64,000 nt of DNA, taken from NCBI GenBank assembly GCA_965216625.1, contig OZ244186.1:3594-67593 (forward strand), given 5' to 3'. The notes beneath the pieces were generated by a model. It was not told the DNA's origin. It saw nothing but the letters and a program-made list of their open reading frames with translations, and made no database searches. The DNA comes from Alphaproteobacteria bacterium. Lineage in GTDB: Bacteria; Pseudomonadota; Alphaproteobacteria; JABAAW01. Shown here in pieces: positions 9,418 to 19,019 of this stretch. Within the stretch, counting starts at the first letter, position 1; each line of letters opens with the position of its first letter. Made by a program: the position numbers and the translations under genes.

Positions 9418-10145
9418 GAAAGTTGCAAGCTGTAGCCCTTGCCGCGATGCGTCAGGATATGACGGGGTTCTTTCGGATTGACTTCCAGTTTTTGTCTCAA
9501 GTGGGCAATGGCGATATCAACAGCGCGCGGCGAATCCTTGATTTCCGACAAATGCGCCAAGGCGGAACGACTCACCACCGCGCCGGCGCGTCCTGCCAAG
9601 GCGCGCAATATTTTCGCCTCGCTGGGACGAAGGCGTACGCTCCGTTTTTTAGAAACCAACACGTCGTGTCGACTTTCGAAGTGCCACCCCCCCACCTTTA
9701 AACGCGACGGCAAGAGCGCACGTCGTCGTTCTTGAGAAAGAATTTTCGAGATGCGCAAAAACAATTCGCGCGGCTCGAAAGGCTTCGCCATGTAGTCGGC
9801 AACGCCCAACTCCAAGCCCTGCAGCCGTTCGGCAGGCTCGCCAAGCGCCGAGAGAATCAGGACAGGAATATTCTCGTGCTCTTGCAGGCTGCGCGCCAAG
9901 TCCAAGCCGCTTTCGCCTGGCATGAGAATATCGACGATCACCAAGTCAAAGCGCAACGTCGACAACAATTGCCGCGCCTCGGCAGCGTCGCACGCGAGGC
10001 TCACGCCGAAACCACACCCTTGCAGATATTGCCGCAACAGATCGCGCAACCGCTTGTCGTCATCGACCACCAGCAAATGCGCCTGCTCGGCAACAGAGGT
10101 CGCAGAGGCGGCGGCGGAGGGGGAGGAGGACATGCGCTTGTTCAT
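9414..10145 (-). CDS. OmpR-family response regulator (receiver plus winged helix).
   Basis: Receiver motif LLVVDDDKRLRDLLRQYL...VIVDILMPGESGLDL. A C-terminal winged-helix segment. Translationally coupled to the downstream kinase. Confidence 0.8.
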   Translation of the reverse strand: MNKRMSSSPSAAASATSVAEQAHLLVVDDDKRLRDLLRQYLQGCGFGVSLACDAAEARQLLSTLRFDLVIVDILMPGESGLDLARSLQEHENIPVLILSALGEPAERLQGLELGVADYMAKPFEPRELFLRISKILSQERRRALLPSRLKVGGWHFESRHDVLVSKKRSVRLRPSEAKILRALAGRAGAVVSRSALAHLSEIKDSPRAVDIAIAHLRQKLEVNPKEPRHILTHRGKGYSLQLS

Positions 10146-10152
10146 TGCTTGT

Positions 10153-10695
10153 TCATTCGTCGCTCTGCGTTGCCTGTCGTGATTGCGCCTTGGGGATAAA
10201 TTCTCCCTCTTCGCTCAACAGCAGCAGCGTGCGTCGGAAGCCCTCGACTTGGGCTGCGCTCGCCTGCCGATAGGCGTGCCGCAAGAGACGCGCACGAGGC
10301 TCAAGCAACCCCTCGACGAAGGCTATGCCTTTCTCCGTGAGGGCGAGAATGCGCACGCGACGATCTTTCGGATCGTACCCAGCTTTGTGCGCGTAGCCCG
10401 CCTGCAAGATTTTAGTTAGGTTGTTGTGAAGGCTCTGCTTCGAGACGCGCATGCGCACGAGCAATGCTTTGATATTCATGCGTCCTCCCTGCAACGCGAT
10501 GTGTTGCAAGATAGCCACCTGCTTGCTTCCCAAGCCCTTCGCGCTGACGGCGGTTTGCTCCAACTGCGAGAGTCGCATCTCCAACGCCGACCAGCGTCGT
10601 AAATCCTCGCTCAAAGACTGCCGCCGCAAGAACAGAGGATCGAGCCCATCCTCGTTCGTTTTCTCTGCAAGGGTCGTGTCTGCGAAGGGTGTCAT
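10153..10695 (-). CDS. MarR-family transcriptional regulator.
   Basis: Winged HTH SKQVAILQHIALQGGRMNIKALLVRMRVSKQSLHNNLTKILQAGYAHKAGYDPKDRRVRILALTEKG. It lies 7 nt upstream of the response regulator in the same orientation. Confidence 0.75.
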   Translation of the reverse strand: MTPFADTTLAEKTNEDGLDPLFLRRQSLSEDLRRWSALEMRLSQLEQTAVSAKGLGSKQVAILQHIALQGGRMNIKALLVRMRVSKQSLHNNLTKILQAGYAHKAGYDPKDRRVRILALTEKGIAFVEGLLEPRARLLRHAYRQASAAQVEGFRRTLLLLSEEGEFIPKAQSRQATQSDE

Positions 10696-10773
10696 AAAAG
10701 TTCTCTATTCCTCCCTCACGAGCATGCTAGCATAGCTTCGAGACGACAAAAACTAGTAAAACTTGTTTGTTCG

Positions 10774-11646
10774 ATGTCCGAACCCGACCTCCCCTTCGAT
10801 CGCCGCGACGGCAGTATATGGTACGATGGCTGCTCGATGGCGTGGGGCGATGCCAAGTTGCATGTCATGAGCCACGGGTTGCACTACGCCTCCTGCGTCT
10901 TCGAGGGCATCCGAGCCTATCGCGGTGAGCCGTACAAACTCGAAGAGCATTACGAGCGTTTTCATTTGTCGGCAAATCTGCTGGATTTCGAGATTCCCTA
11001 CAGCGTGGCAACCCTAGCGCAGGCGACGCGCGAGCTGTTAAAAGCCAACGCGCTGAGCGAAGCTTATATCCGTCCTGTGGCGTGGCGTGGCTCTGAGCAG
11101 ATGGCGATCGCCGCCGAGAAGACGACGATCCATGTCTCGATCATCGCGTGGAACTTCGGAGACTATTTCGGCGGAAAGTTGAAGGGGATCCGTCTGACAC
11201 TCTCGAAGTGGCGTCGTCCGTCGCCCGAAAGCGCGCCGTGCAACAGCAAGGCTGCGGGGCTTTACACCATCTGCACGCTTGCCAAGCACGAGGCACAACG
11301 CAAGGGTTTCGACGATGCCTTGATGCTCGACTACAGAGGGCAGATCGCCGAATCGACGGGTGCGAACATCTTCCTTGTCATCGACGGGCAGATTCACACC
11401 CCCAAGGCGGATTGTTTTCTCAACGGCATCACGCGACAAACCCTCCTGCGTATCGCGCGCGAGGAAGGAATCGAGGTTGTCGAACGCGCGGTGCGGATGG
11501 AGGATCTCGATCGGGCGCAGGAGGTCTTTCTGAGCGGTACCGCAGCCGAGGTCACATTAGTGCGCGAAATAGACGAGCGCAGATTTTCTGAAAACACGAT
11601 CACCCAACGGCTGGCGGCACTCTACGACGCCGAAGTTAGACCATAA
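10774..11646 (+). CDS. ilvE: Branched-chain-amino-acid or D-amino-acid aminotransferase (PLP fold type IV).
   Basis: 290 aa. Class IV aminotransferase pattern HVMSHGLHYASCVFEGIRAY...LDYRGQIAESTGANIFLV. Confidence 0.75.
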   Translation: MSEPDLPFDRRDGSIWYDGCSMAWGDAKLHVMSHGLHYASCVFEGIRAYRGEPYKLEEHYERFHLSANLLDFEIPYSVATLAQATRELLKANALSEAYIRPVAWRGSEQMAIAAEKTTIHVSIIAWNFGDYFGGKLKGIRLTLSKWRRPSPESAPCNSKAAGLYTICTLAKHEAQRKGFDDALMLDYRGQIAESTGANIFLVIDGQIHTPKADCFLNGITRQTLLRIAREEGIEVVERAVRMEDLDRAQEVFLSGTAAEVTLVREIDERRFSENTITQRLAALYDAEVRP

Positions 11647-11668
11647 TGCGAGACACTAAGGTGCGACC

Positions 11669-12271
11669 ATGAGCGTCGAGAGCAATCCTCCCTCCTCCTC
11701 CCCACCCGCTTGTTTGCGCGACCATGCCTTCGCCTACCTCGCGCGCTTTCCTGCGACTAAGGTCAAGTTGCGCAAAGTCCTTGTGCGTTGGGCTGTGCGG
11801 CGCGGCTTGAAGATAGACGAGCAGCAGATGGCGGTCTTGATAGAAAGCTTGCAGACAGGCGGCTATTTGGACGATGAGAAGTTTGCGCTGGGCAGAGCGC
11901 GTAGTCTTTTGTTGCGTGGCGCGAGTTTGTTGGACATTCGCGTACGGCTTGCCAAAGACGGCATCGAGCGAGAGCAGATCCGAGAGACGCTGGAGACGCT
12001 CACCGAGAACGAGGACAAGGAGGAGTTAGAGATACTGGCAGCCTTTAGGGTTGCGCAAAAAAAGAGACTCGGACCTTTTCGTGATTCCCAGCGTGGTTCT
12101 TTTGGCAGCCCTATTTCGGCAGATCGAGCACAACGAGAAAAAAACAAAAAGAAGGATATCGCTACCCTAGCGCGCAAGGGATTTGGCTGGGGTATCGTGC
12201 AAAAGGTCATGCAAGCGAGCGACGAGGATTTGTGCGAATGGCAGAAAAAGTTGCAGGAACATGGTCGTTAA
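11669..12271 (+). CDS. recX: RecX-like regulatory protein.
   Basis: A 200-aa all-helical protein. AFAYLARFPATKVKLRKVL....GYLDDEKFA repeats are characteristic of RecX three-helix repeats. Confidence 0.5.
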   Translation: MSVESNPPSSSPPACLRDHAFAYLARFPATKVKLRKVLVRWAVRRGLKIDEQQMAVLIESLQTGGYLDDEKFALGRARSLLLRGASLLDIRVRLAKDGIEREQIRETLETLTENEDKEELEILAAFRVAQKKRLGPFRDSQRGSFGSPISADRAQREKNKKKDIATLARKGFGWGIVQKVMQASDEDLCEWQKKLQEHGR

Positions 12272-12311
12272 AATGCTAGGATAGGGATGGGGAAAACGAG
12301 CAACCACAAAG

Positions 12312-13415
12312 ATGACAAAGGCTGTAACGATGGCACACAAGAACACACACACACAGGCGAGCGACAAGGATAACGACTGCGATGACAAGCGTCTTGTCGC
12401 TTGTGCCAGCTTGCGTTTTCCGCGTGGCTGGGAAATAGCCGAGCGCGATGCGACGGCGGAGCAAGCCTTTCTCGCGCGCCGCGACTTTGTTCGCGCGCTG
12501 GGTAGCGCGGGACTTGTTGGTGCGGGACTTGCGGCGGCGGGCGGGTTTACGAGTGCCTGCTCGCAGGACACGGCAGCGACGGAACAGGCTCTCGATCCTG
12601 CTCAACGCGCGTGGCAAAGCCTGTATCCTGCGAAAAGTAACGACATCTACAAGGTTGCGCGTGCTTTGACGGCTGAGGAGGATGTTCTCAGTTACAACAA
12701 CTTCTACGAGTTCGGCAGCCACAAGAGTATTTCTCGCGCGGCGCAGAAGATGTCGCTCGCTCCTTGGAGCATCGAGATCGGCGGGCAGGTTGAGAAACCG
12801 CGGCGCGTCTCCTTCGACGATCTTCTACGCGCCATGCCTTTGGAGCAGCGCGTCTTGCGTCATCGCTGCGTCGAGGCTTGGGCGATGACCGTGCCTTGGA
12901 GCGGCTTTTCGCTCAAGGCGCTTGTCGACTACGCGAAGCCTCTCTCTTCTGCGCGCTATATCTCCTTTGAGACGCGCGCGGACAAGGAGACGATGCCAGG
13001 GCTGCGGCAAACCTACTACCCCTGGCCCTACATCGAGGCGGTCACTATACAGGAGGGGGTGAACGAACTCGCCTTCATCGCAACGGGTGCTTACGGAAAG
13101 CCCGTCTCCAAGCAGAACGGCGCGCCTTTGCGACTCTTGTTGCCGTGGAAGTATGGGTTCAAGTCGATCAAGTCGATCGTGCGAATCTCTTTCACAGAAA
13201 AAAGACCGAAAACTTTTTGGGAGAACATCGCTCCGAACGAATACGGCTTTTGGGCAAATATCAATCCCGAAGTGCCGCATCCGCGATGGTCGCAGGCGAA
13301 AGAAAAATTGCTCGGCAGCGGCAAAAAAGTTCCGACAAGGCTCTACAACGGATACGGCGAGTTCGTCGCCTCCCTCTACGCCAACAAAAAGCAGAGTCGA
13401 AACCTGTTCTTCTGA
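12312..13415 (+). CDS. msrP: Protein-methionine-sulfoxide reductase catalytic subunit MsrP (YedY, molybdopterin).
   Basis: Tat signal RRDFVRALGSAGLVGAGLAAAGG; YNNFYEFGS; CVEAWAMTVPWSGF; LLPWKYGFKSIKSI; HPRWSQA. The match to E. coli YedY is strong. Confidence 0.85.
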   Translation: MTKAVTMAHKNTHTQASDKDNDCDDKRLVACASLRFPRGWEIAERDATAEQAFLARRDFVRALGSAGLVGAGLAAAGGFTSACSQDTAATEQALDPAQRAWQSLYPAKSNDIYKVARALTAEEDVLSYNNFYEFGSHKSISRAAQKMSLAPWSIEIGGQVEKPRRVSFDDLLRAMPLEQRVLRHRCVEAWAMTVPWSGFSLKALVDYAKPLSSARYISFETRADKETMPGLRQTYYPWPYIEAVTIQEGVNELAFIATGAYGKPVSKQNGAPLRLLLPWKYGFKSIKSIVRISFTEKRPKTFWENIAPNEYGFWANINPEVPHPRWSQAKEKLLGSGKKVPTRLYNGYGEFVASLYANKKQSRNLFF

Positions 13416-13424
13416 TCTGAACGC

Positions 13425-14735
13425 ATGACAGAAAAGAGGATGCGCATCGCGGTTGCGGGCTTGGGAACCGTCGGGGGAGCGTTGCTCAACCTTCTGCAGC
13501 AACGAAACAGCGTCGAGATCAAAGCCGTCTCTGCGCGCACGCGAAAGAAAAAACGCAGCTGCTCGATCGACGGCATCGCGTGGTACGACGATGCCGTCGC
13601 TATGGCGCGCGAGGCTGAGGTCGATCTCGTGGTCGAACTCATCGGCGGCGAGGGAGGGGTCGCGCTCGAATGCGCACGCGCCACTCTACAAGCAGGCAAA
13701 AATTTTGTCACCGCGAACAAAGCGTTGCTCGCGCGCCACGGCGCGGAAATCTCTGCGCTTGCCGAAGCGAGGGGTTGCGCGGTGGGGTGGGAAGCTGCGG
13801 TTGCAGCCGCCGTGCCGGTCGTAGCCGCCGTGCGCCAAAGCCTGCTCGCCAACCGCACGCAACGCATCACGGGCATCGTCAATGGCACTTGTAACTATAT
13901 CCTCTCCAGATTGGAGACGCACGGGGAGGACTTTGCAACGGCTCTGCGCACAGCTCAAGAGGGTGGCTACGCCGAAGCCGATCCGCGCAGCGATACGCAA
14001 GGCTTTGATTCGGCACAAAAGATCGCCCTGCTCGCGGCTCTCGCCTTTGCTACGCCGCCCGCCCTCGACGAGGTGTCGGTCGAGGGTATCGAGCGGATTT
14101 CGCTCGACGATGTCAACTTTGCCAAACGTCGCGGCTACGCCATTCGCCTGCTCGCAATCGCCGAGCGGATCGACAACAAGCTTTCGCTACGCGTCCACCC
14201 CACCCTCGTGCCGACTCTCGCGCGCTTGGATGCCAGTTTCGCGTCCGTCAGCGGCGTGGGCAATGCCATCCTCTACCAAGGCGATTTTAGCGGAAAGGTC
14301 TTTCTCGCAGGACAAGGCGCGGGCGCAAACGCAACCGCCTCGGCGGTGGCAGGAGACATTCTCGACATCGCGAGGGGCAGAAACACCTCCATGTTCGGCA
14401 CGCCCAACGCAAACCTCAACCCCTTGCCTTTCTTTCCGTTAGACGATATCGTCTCTCCGTGGTACTTGCACTTTCGTGTCCAAGACAAGGTCGGCGTCGT
14501 CGCGGCGATCGCAGCCGTCCTCAGCGAATGCAACATTTCGCTCGCTGCCATCTTGCAAGACGACACACGAGCGCAACAACAGCAACACACTCCTCAACCC
14601 GTCTCGTTGTTGTTGTGGACGCACCGCGCCTCGACGAAAGCCATCGCTCAAGCCTTGCGCCTGATCGAGAAAACATCGTTGCTGCAAGAGCGAGCTTTGG
14701 CATTGCGCATTCTCGACGATAGGGAAGAGGAATAG
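13425..14735 (+). CDS. hom: Homoserine dehydrogenase.
   Basis: NAD-binding MRIAVAGLGTVGGALL, a central catalytic region and a C-terminal ACT domain. 436 aa. Confidence 0.9.
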   Translation: MTEKRMRIAVAGLGTVGGALLNLLQQRNSVEIKAVSARTRKKKRSCSIDGIAWYDDAVAMAREAEVDLVVELIGGEGGVALECARATLQAGKNFVTANKALLARHGAEISALAEARGCAVGWEAAVAAAVPVVAAVRQSLLANRTQRITGIVNGTCNYILSRLETHGEDFATALRTAQEGGYAEADPRSDTQGFDSAQKIALLAALAFATPPALDEVSVEGIERISLDDVNFAKRRGYAIRLLAIAERIDNKLSLRVHPTLVPTLARLDASFASVSGVGNAILYQGDFSGKVFLAGQGAGANATASAVAGDILDIARGRNTSMFGTPNANLNPLPFFPLDDIVSPWYLHFRVQDKVGVVAAIAAVLSECNISLAAILQDDTRAQQQQHTPQPVSLLLWTHRASTKAIAQALRLIEKTSLLQERALALRILDDREEE

Positions 14736-14751
14736 GAAGGAGGATCTGACG

Positions 14752-15756
14752 ATGATCGAACAACCCATCCAACAATCCTTAAGCCAATCTTTGGGCGCGG
14801 ATGCGCTCGACGAGCGTCTGTTGCATCAGGCACGGCGCGTGTGCGAAGCTGCCGCCATCGCCGCGGCGCGCTGGCGCGGGTTTGGCGAGCGCGTTGCTGC
14901 CGACCAGGCTGCGGTCGATGCCATGCGGGCGGCTTTGATGGTGTTGGAGATATCAGGCACCGTTGTCATCGGAGAGGGGGAACGCGACGAAGCTCCGATG
15001 CTCTACATCGGAGAGGCGGTCGGCAAGGGGACAGGGCTTGCCGTCGATATTGCACTCGACCCCCTAGAAGGCACGAACCTATGCGCTACTTCGAGTGCAA
15101 ACGCGCTCACCGTGATGGCGCTCGCTCCGAAAGGTGGCTTGCTCAACGCACCAGACCTCTACATGGAAAAAATCGCCGTAGGCGCACATATAGGAGACGA
15201 TGTCGTCTCGCTGACACAAACGCCCGAAGAAAACCTTCACGCGATCGCCAGCAAGCTCAAAGGACAGATCTCCGACTTGCAAGTCTGCATCTTGGAGCGC
15301 GATCGCCACGCCGATCTGATTGCCCGCGTGAGGCGTTGCGGCGCACGCGTACAGCTCATCTCGGACGGAGACATCTTCGCGTGCTTGCAAACCTCCGATC
15401 GCAAAAGCGGCATCCACGCCTACTTCGGAACGGGCGGCGCGCCTGAGGGGGTGCTTGCCGCCGCCGCGCTCAAGGTGCTGGGAGGATGCTTCCAAGGCAG
15501 GCTGTTGTGCAGGAACGAGAAAGAACGCGCGCGCGCAGAGAAAATGGGCATCATCGACTTCGACACCCTCTATAGCCTTGACGATCTCGTCAAGGGAGAT
15601 GTCATGTTTGCGGCGAGCGGGGTTACCGACGGAACGTTGCTCGACGGCGTGCGTTTCGAGGAGGACGGAATCGCCGTCCACTCGCTACTCATGCACGAGG
15701 CGAGCAAACGCATCGAGACCGTGCGCGCACGCCTGCCGCTGCGGGGTGTCGAATAA
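14752..15756 (+). CDS. glpX: Fructose-1,6-bisphosphatase class II (GlpX).
   Basis: GlpX family. 334 aa. Metal site DPLEGT. The conserved alphaproteobacterial hom-glpX-recJ neighbourhood is intact. Confidence 0.85.
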   Translation: MIEQPIQQSLSQSLGADALDERLLHQARRVCEAAAIAAARWRGFGERVAADQAAVDAMRAALMVLEISGTVVIGEGERDEAPMLYIGEAVGKGTGLAVDIALDPLEGTNLCATSSANALTVMALAPKGGLLNAPDLYMEKIAVGAHIGDDVVSLTQTPEENLHAIASKLKGQISDLQVCILERDRHADLIARVRRCGARVQLISDGDIFACLQTSDRKSGIHAYFGTGGAPEGVLAAAALKVLGGCFQGRLLCRNEKERARAEKMGIIDFDTLYSLDDLVKGDVMFAASGVTDGTLLDGVRFEEDGIAVHSLLMHEASKRIETVRARLPLRGVE

Positions 15757-15776
15757 GCGGGGAGGCGACAGCAGCT

Positions 15777-17669
15777 GTGACGCGTTGGCGTTTGCGAAAA
15801 CCCTCCGATAATTTCGAGCAGCACCGCGAAGCCTTGCGGGTTACAGGCGATCTCGATCCGTTGCTGGCAAAGTTGCTTTGCTTGCGCGGCGTGGAAAAGA
15901 AGCAGCTCCAAGAGACCTTGAATCCCAAGGTTGCCGATCTTTTTCCCGATCCCCTCTTGCTTGCCGATATGGACAAGGCGAGCGATCGCCTTGCCACGGC
16001 TTTGCGCACGGGCGAGAAGATCGGCATCATCACCGATTACGATGTCGACGGAGCATGCTCGGCGGCGCTGTTGATACAGGCGTGGCGCGCCTGGGGCGGC
16101 GAGTGCGTCTATACCGTTCCCGATCGCTTCAAGGAAGGCTACGGCCCGAACGACCAAGCCTTCCAAAGGCTGCGTAGCCAAGGCGCGGAGGGGCTAGTTC
16201 TCACGCTGGATTGCGGCAGCAACGCGCAGCAAGTTTTGCGTAGCAAGCAGCAGCAGGGGTGGGAGGTCATCGTCGTCGATCACCACGCGCTCACGAGTAG
16301 CCGCGAGGAGGCAGAGCAGACAGAGGCGGTGCTAGCTATGATCAATCCGCAACGCGCCGACAACCGCGTCGAGCTTCGCAGCCTCTCGGCTTGCGGGGTC
16401 GTCATGCTGTTGGTGGTGGCGTTGCGCCGAAGAATCGAAGAAAAGCAAAAAGCAAAACAAAAAGCAGGAGAAGAAGCAGGACAAAAAAATGGAGGGCATG
16501 GTATCGCTCCCCTGTCCTTCGTTTTGAAGCCGTGGTTCGATGTGCTTGCGCTGGCAACCGTATGCGATGTTGTTCCCCTCTCGCCGCTCAATCGAGCGTT
16601 CGTGCGCGCAGGCTTGGCGCACTTGAGCGCGCAACGACACGCAGGGCTCGCCGCGTTGGCTCACGCGGCAGGGCGGGAGCCTCCCTTCTCCACGCGCGAC
16701 CTCGCCTTCGCCTTGGGACCGCGCCTGAACGCGGCGGGACGCATGGGAGACCAAGAACTCGCCGTCGAGCTGCTGCTGTGCGTCGAGCCTCAAGATGCCA
16801 AACGCGCGCAGAGAATAGCCCATGCTCTCGAAAGCCTCAACAATCGCCGACGCGCTCAACAGGAGACTTGCTGTAGGCAGGCGCAAAAAAAGGCGCAAGA
16901 ACGGGTTGAAGACACGCCGCAAGAAGCGCGATACGCCTGTTTTTTTCATCACAAGGCGTGGTCGATCGGCGTGTTGGGACCTTCTGCCTCGCGGGTTGCG
17001 GAGCGTCTCGCGCGCCCGATTTTCTTGGCGGCCCCCTCTCCTGCTGCGGAAGAGCCAACCCTGCTACGCGGCTCGGCGAGGTTGCCTCCGCACGGATGGG
17101 AGAATTGCTCGTTGGCGCGCATCGTCGCGCGTGCGCAAGAGAAGGGCTTGTTGCTATCAGCGGGAGGGCATGCGCGCGCGTGCGGCTTTTCCTTGCGGGA
17201 AGAGAGTGCTCAAGGGTTTCAAACATTTCTTCAAGAATTTCTCGCGGCAGAGTCAAACGGAGGAAGCGACAAGGTTGTTGGCAAGGTTGTGGAAAGAGTG
17301 GTGGATATGGAGTTGTTGCTTTCTGCCGTCGAGGAGGGGTTGGCATCGCGCTTGGCGTTGCTCGCGCCTTTCGGAGCGGGACACCTTGAGCCGCTGTTTG
17401 CCTTCCGCGATATTTTTGTCGATGATTGTCGCTTCATCGGCAAGAGCGGGCAGCATGTGTCGTGTACTTTCTCGGCGGAGGGAGGGGTGGCGCGCGCGCG
17501 CGTGATCGCCTTCCGTGCCGTCGAGCGAGGGCTTGCGAAAGCCTTGCAAGAGGCGGCGGAGACGCGCTGCAAGCGATGGGCGGTTGGTTTCGTGCGCTCT
17601 GATCCTTACGCGCGTGGCGCGCAGATCGTCCTGGAGGATTTTGCTTGCCTCGTCGAAGAATCCGCATAA
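15777..17669 (+). CDS. recJ: Single-stranded-DNA-specific exonuclease RecJ.
   Basis: DHH motifs ITDYDVDGACSAALL and VVDHH, and DHHA1. 630 aa. Contains a low-complexity insert EEKQKAKQKAGEEAGQKNGG. Confidence 0.9.
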   Translation: MTRWRLRKPSDNFEQHREALRVTGDLDPLLAKLLCLRGVEKKQLQETLNPKVADLFPDPLLLADMDKASDRLATALRTGEKIGIITDYDVDGACSAALLIQAWRAWGGECVYTVPDRFKEGYGPNDQAFQRLRSQGAEGLVLTLDCGSNAQQVLRSKQQQGWEVIVVDHHALTSSREEAEQTEAVLAMINPQRADNRVELRSLSACGVVMLLVVALRRRIEEKQKAKQKAGEEAGQKNGGHGIAPLSFVLKPWFDVLALATVCDVVPLSPLNRAFVRAGLAHLSAQRHAGLAALAHAAGREPPFSTRDLAFALGPRLNAAGRMGDQELAVELLLCVEPQDAKRAQRIAHALESLNNRRRAQQETCCRQAQKKAQERVEDTPQEARYACFFHHKAWSIGVLGPSASRVAERLARPIFLAAPSPAAEEPTLLRGSARLPPHGWENCSLARIVARAQEKGLLLSAGGHARACGFSLREESAQGFQTFLQEFLAAESNGGSDKVVGKVVERVVDMELLLSAVEEGLASRLALLAPFGAGHLEPLFAFRDIFVDDCRFIGKSGQHVSCTFSAEGGVARARVIAFRAVERGLAKALQEAAETRCKRWAVGFVRSDPYARGAQIVLEDFACLVEESA

Positions 17670-17711
17670 GGTAGAGCTGTGATTTTGTTCCACTTTTGTT
17701 TTAAGGAGACG

Positions 17712-18764
17712 ATGATGCGTTCAATGTTGTTTCGACTTCTCTTTGTTTTTGTCCTTGTCGTGACGCTGGGTTTTGTCGCGTTGCGAGCGAGCGCGGCTGA
17801 CGATGTTCATGTTTTGCGCTTGCATCATTTTTTGAATGCGCAGTCGACGGTGCAGCGCGGCTTGCTTGAGCCGTGGGGGCAGCGTTTGGAGGCGGCTTCG
17901 GGCGGACGGCTGAAGGTTGAGTTTTTTCCTTCGATGACTTTGGGCGGCAAGGCACCGCAGTTGTACGATCAGGCGAAGGACGGATTTGTGGATATTGTTT
18001 GGACGCTGCCGGGTTATACGCGCGGTCGTTTTCCCATCATCGAAGTTTTCGAGTTGCCTTTTATGGTAGCGACTGCCGATGCCACCTCGCGTGCGTTGCA
18101 GGAGTTTTCGGAGATGCATTTACGAAAAGAGTTTTCGGAGGTGCATCCTTTGTTGTTTCATGTTCATGCGCGGGGGTCGTTTCATTCTCGGAATAAGGCG
18201 ATCAAGAAGATCGAGGATTTGCGTGGCTTGAAGGTGAGGGGACCCTCGCGGATTGCAACGGACATGCTTTCTGCGTTGGGGGCGGTACCTGTTGGGATGC
18301 CTGTTCCGCAGGTTCCGCAGTCTTTGTCGCGTGGGGTTATCGATGCGGCGATGTTGCCGTGGCAGGTGACGGTGCCGTTGCGTTCGTCGGAGTTGGTGAA
18401 GCATCACACGGAGTTTGAGGGAGCGCGCGGATTGTATACGGCGACCTTTGTATTGGCGATGAACAAGGAGCGTTATGCTGCCTTGCCTGCGGATTTGCGC
18501 GAGATCCTTGACAGGGAGAGCGGCTCTGCGCTGGCTACGATTGCGGGACCTTTGTACGATCGCGACGAGGAGCGCGGTCGTCGGATAGCGCGCGAGCGCG
18601 GCAATGCGTTTGTTCGGATCAGGGAGAGTGAGGCGCGAAAGTGGCGCAATGCTACGGAGTCGGTTGTTTCGGGATGGGTTAGGCGGATGAAGGGGGAGGG
18701 TTATGACGGGGAGTTATATTTACGCGAGGCGAGGAGATTAATTAATAAGTACGAAAATAAGTAA
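17712..18764 (+). CDS. TRAP transporter substrate-binding protein (DctP family).
   Basis: RBS aaggag 4 nt upstream of the ATG at 17712. Signal peptide present. DctP-like LRLHHFLNAQSTVQRGLLEPWGQRLEAASGGRLKVEFFPSMTLGG. No dctQ/M genes follow. Confidence 0.7.
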   Translation: MMRSMLFRLLFVFVLVVTLGFVALRASAADDVHVLRLHHFLNAQSTVQRGLLEPWGQRLEAASGGRLKVEFFPSMTLGGKAPQLYDQAKDGFVDIVWTLPGYTRGRFPIIEVFELPFMVATADATSRALQEFSEMHLRKEFSEVHPLLFHVHARGSFHSRNKAIKKIEDLRGLKVRGPSRIATDMLSALGAVPVGMPVPQVPQSLSRGVIDAAMLPWQVTVPLRSSELVKHHTEFEGARGLYTATFVLAMNKERYAALPADLREILDRESGSALATIAGPLYDRDEERGRRIARERGNAFVRIRESEARKWRNATESVVSGWVRRMKGEGYDGELYLREARRLINKYENK

Positions 18765-19019
18765 TAAACAGAAGTTATATTTTGTGTTGTCACAGGTAGC
18801 GGTAGTGTCCCAAAAAACGGGACTCGTGTATTGACGCGTAAACGACGCGTGCGTAGCAAACTTCATGGACGCGCGTTGCAAGCAACGCGCTATGGGGGGG
18901 GGGGTGGGGGGATAAATTCCCCCCGCAAAAAGCGCGCCGCGAGCGAGCGCGCGTAAGCGCGCTTTCTACGCGCGAAGTGCGTAGTGAATTGTTACCAAAA
19001 AATTTCTAGAGAGAGCTTA
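18765..19019. repeat. Intergenic palindromic repeat cluster, including the GGGGGATAAATTCCCCCC hairpin and a G-tract.
   Basis: ggggggggggtggggggataaattccccccgc; acgcgtaaacgacgcgt; cgcgttgcaagcaacgcg; cgcgcgtaagcgcgctttctacgcgcg. Confidence 0.7.

Noticed and set aside
10753-10965. 70-aa minus-strand ORF overlapping the ilvE start.
   Set aside because: It overlaps a well-supported gene in the divergent promoter region, and has no homology or signal.
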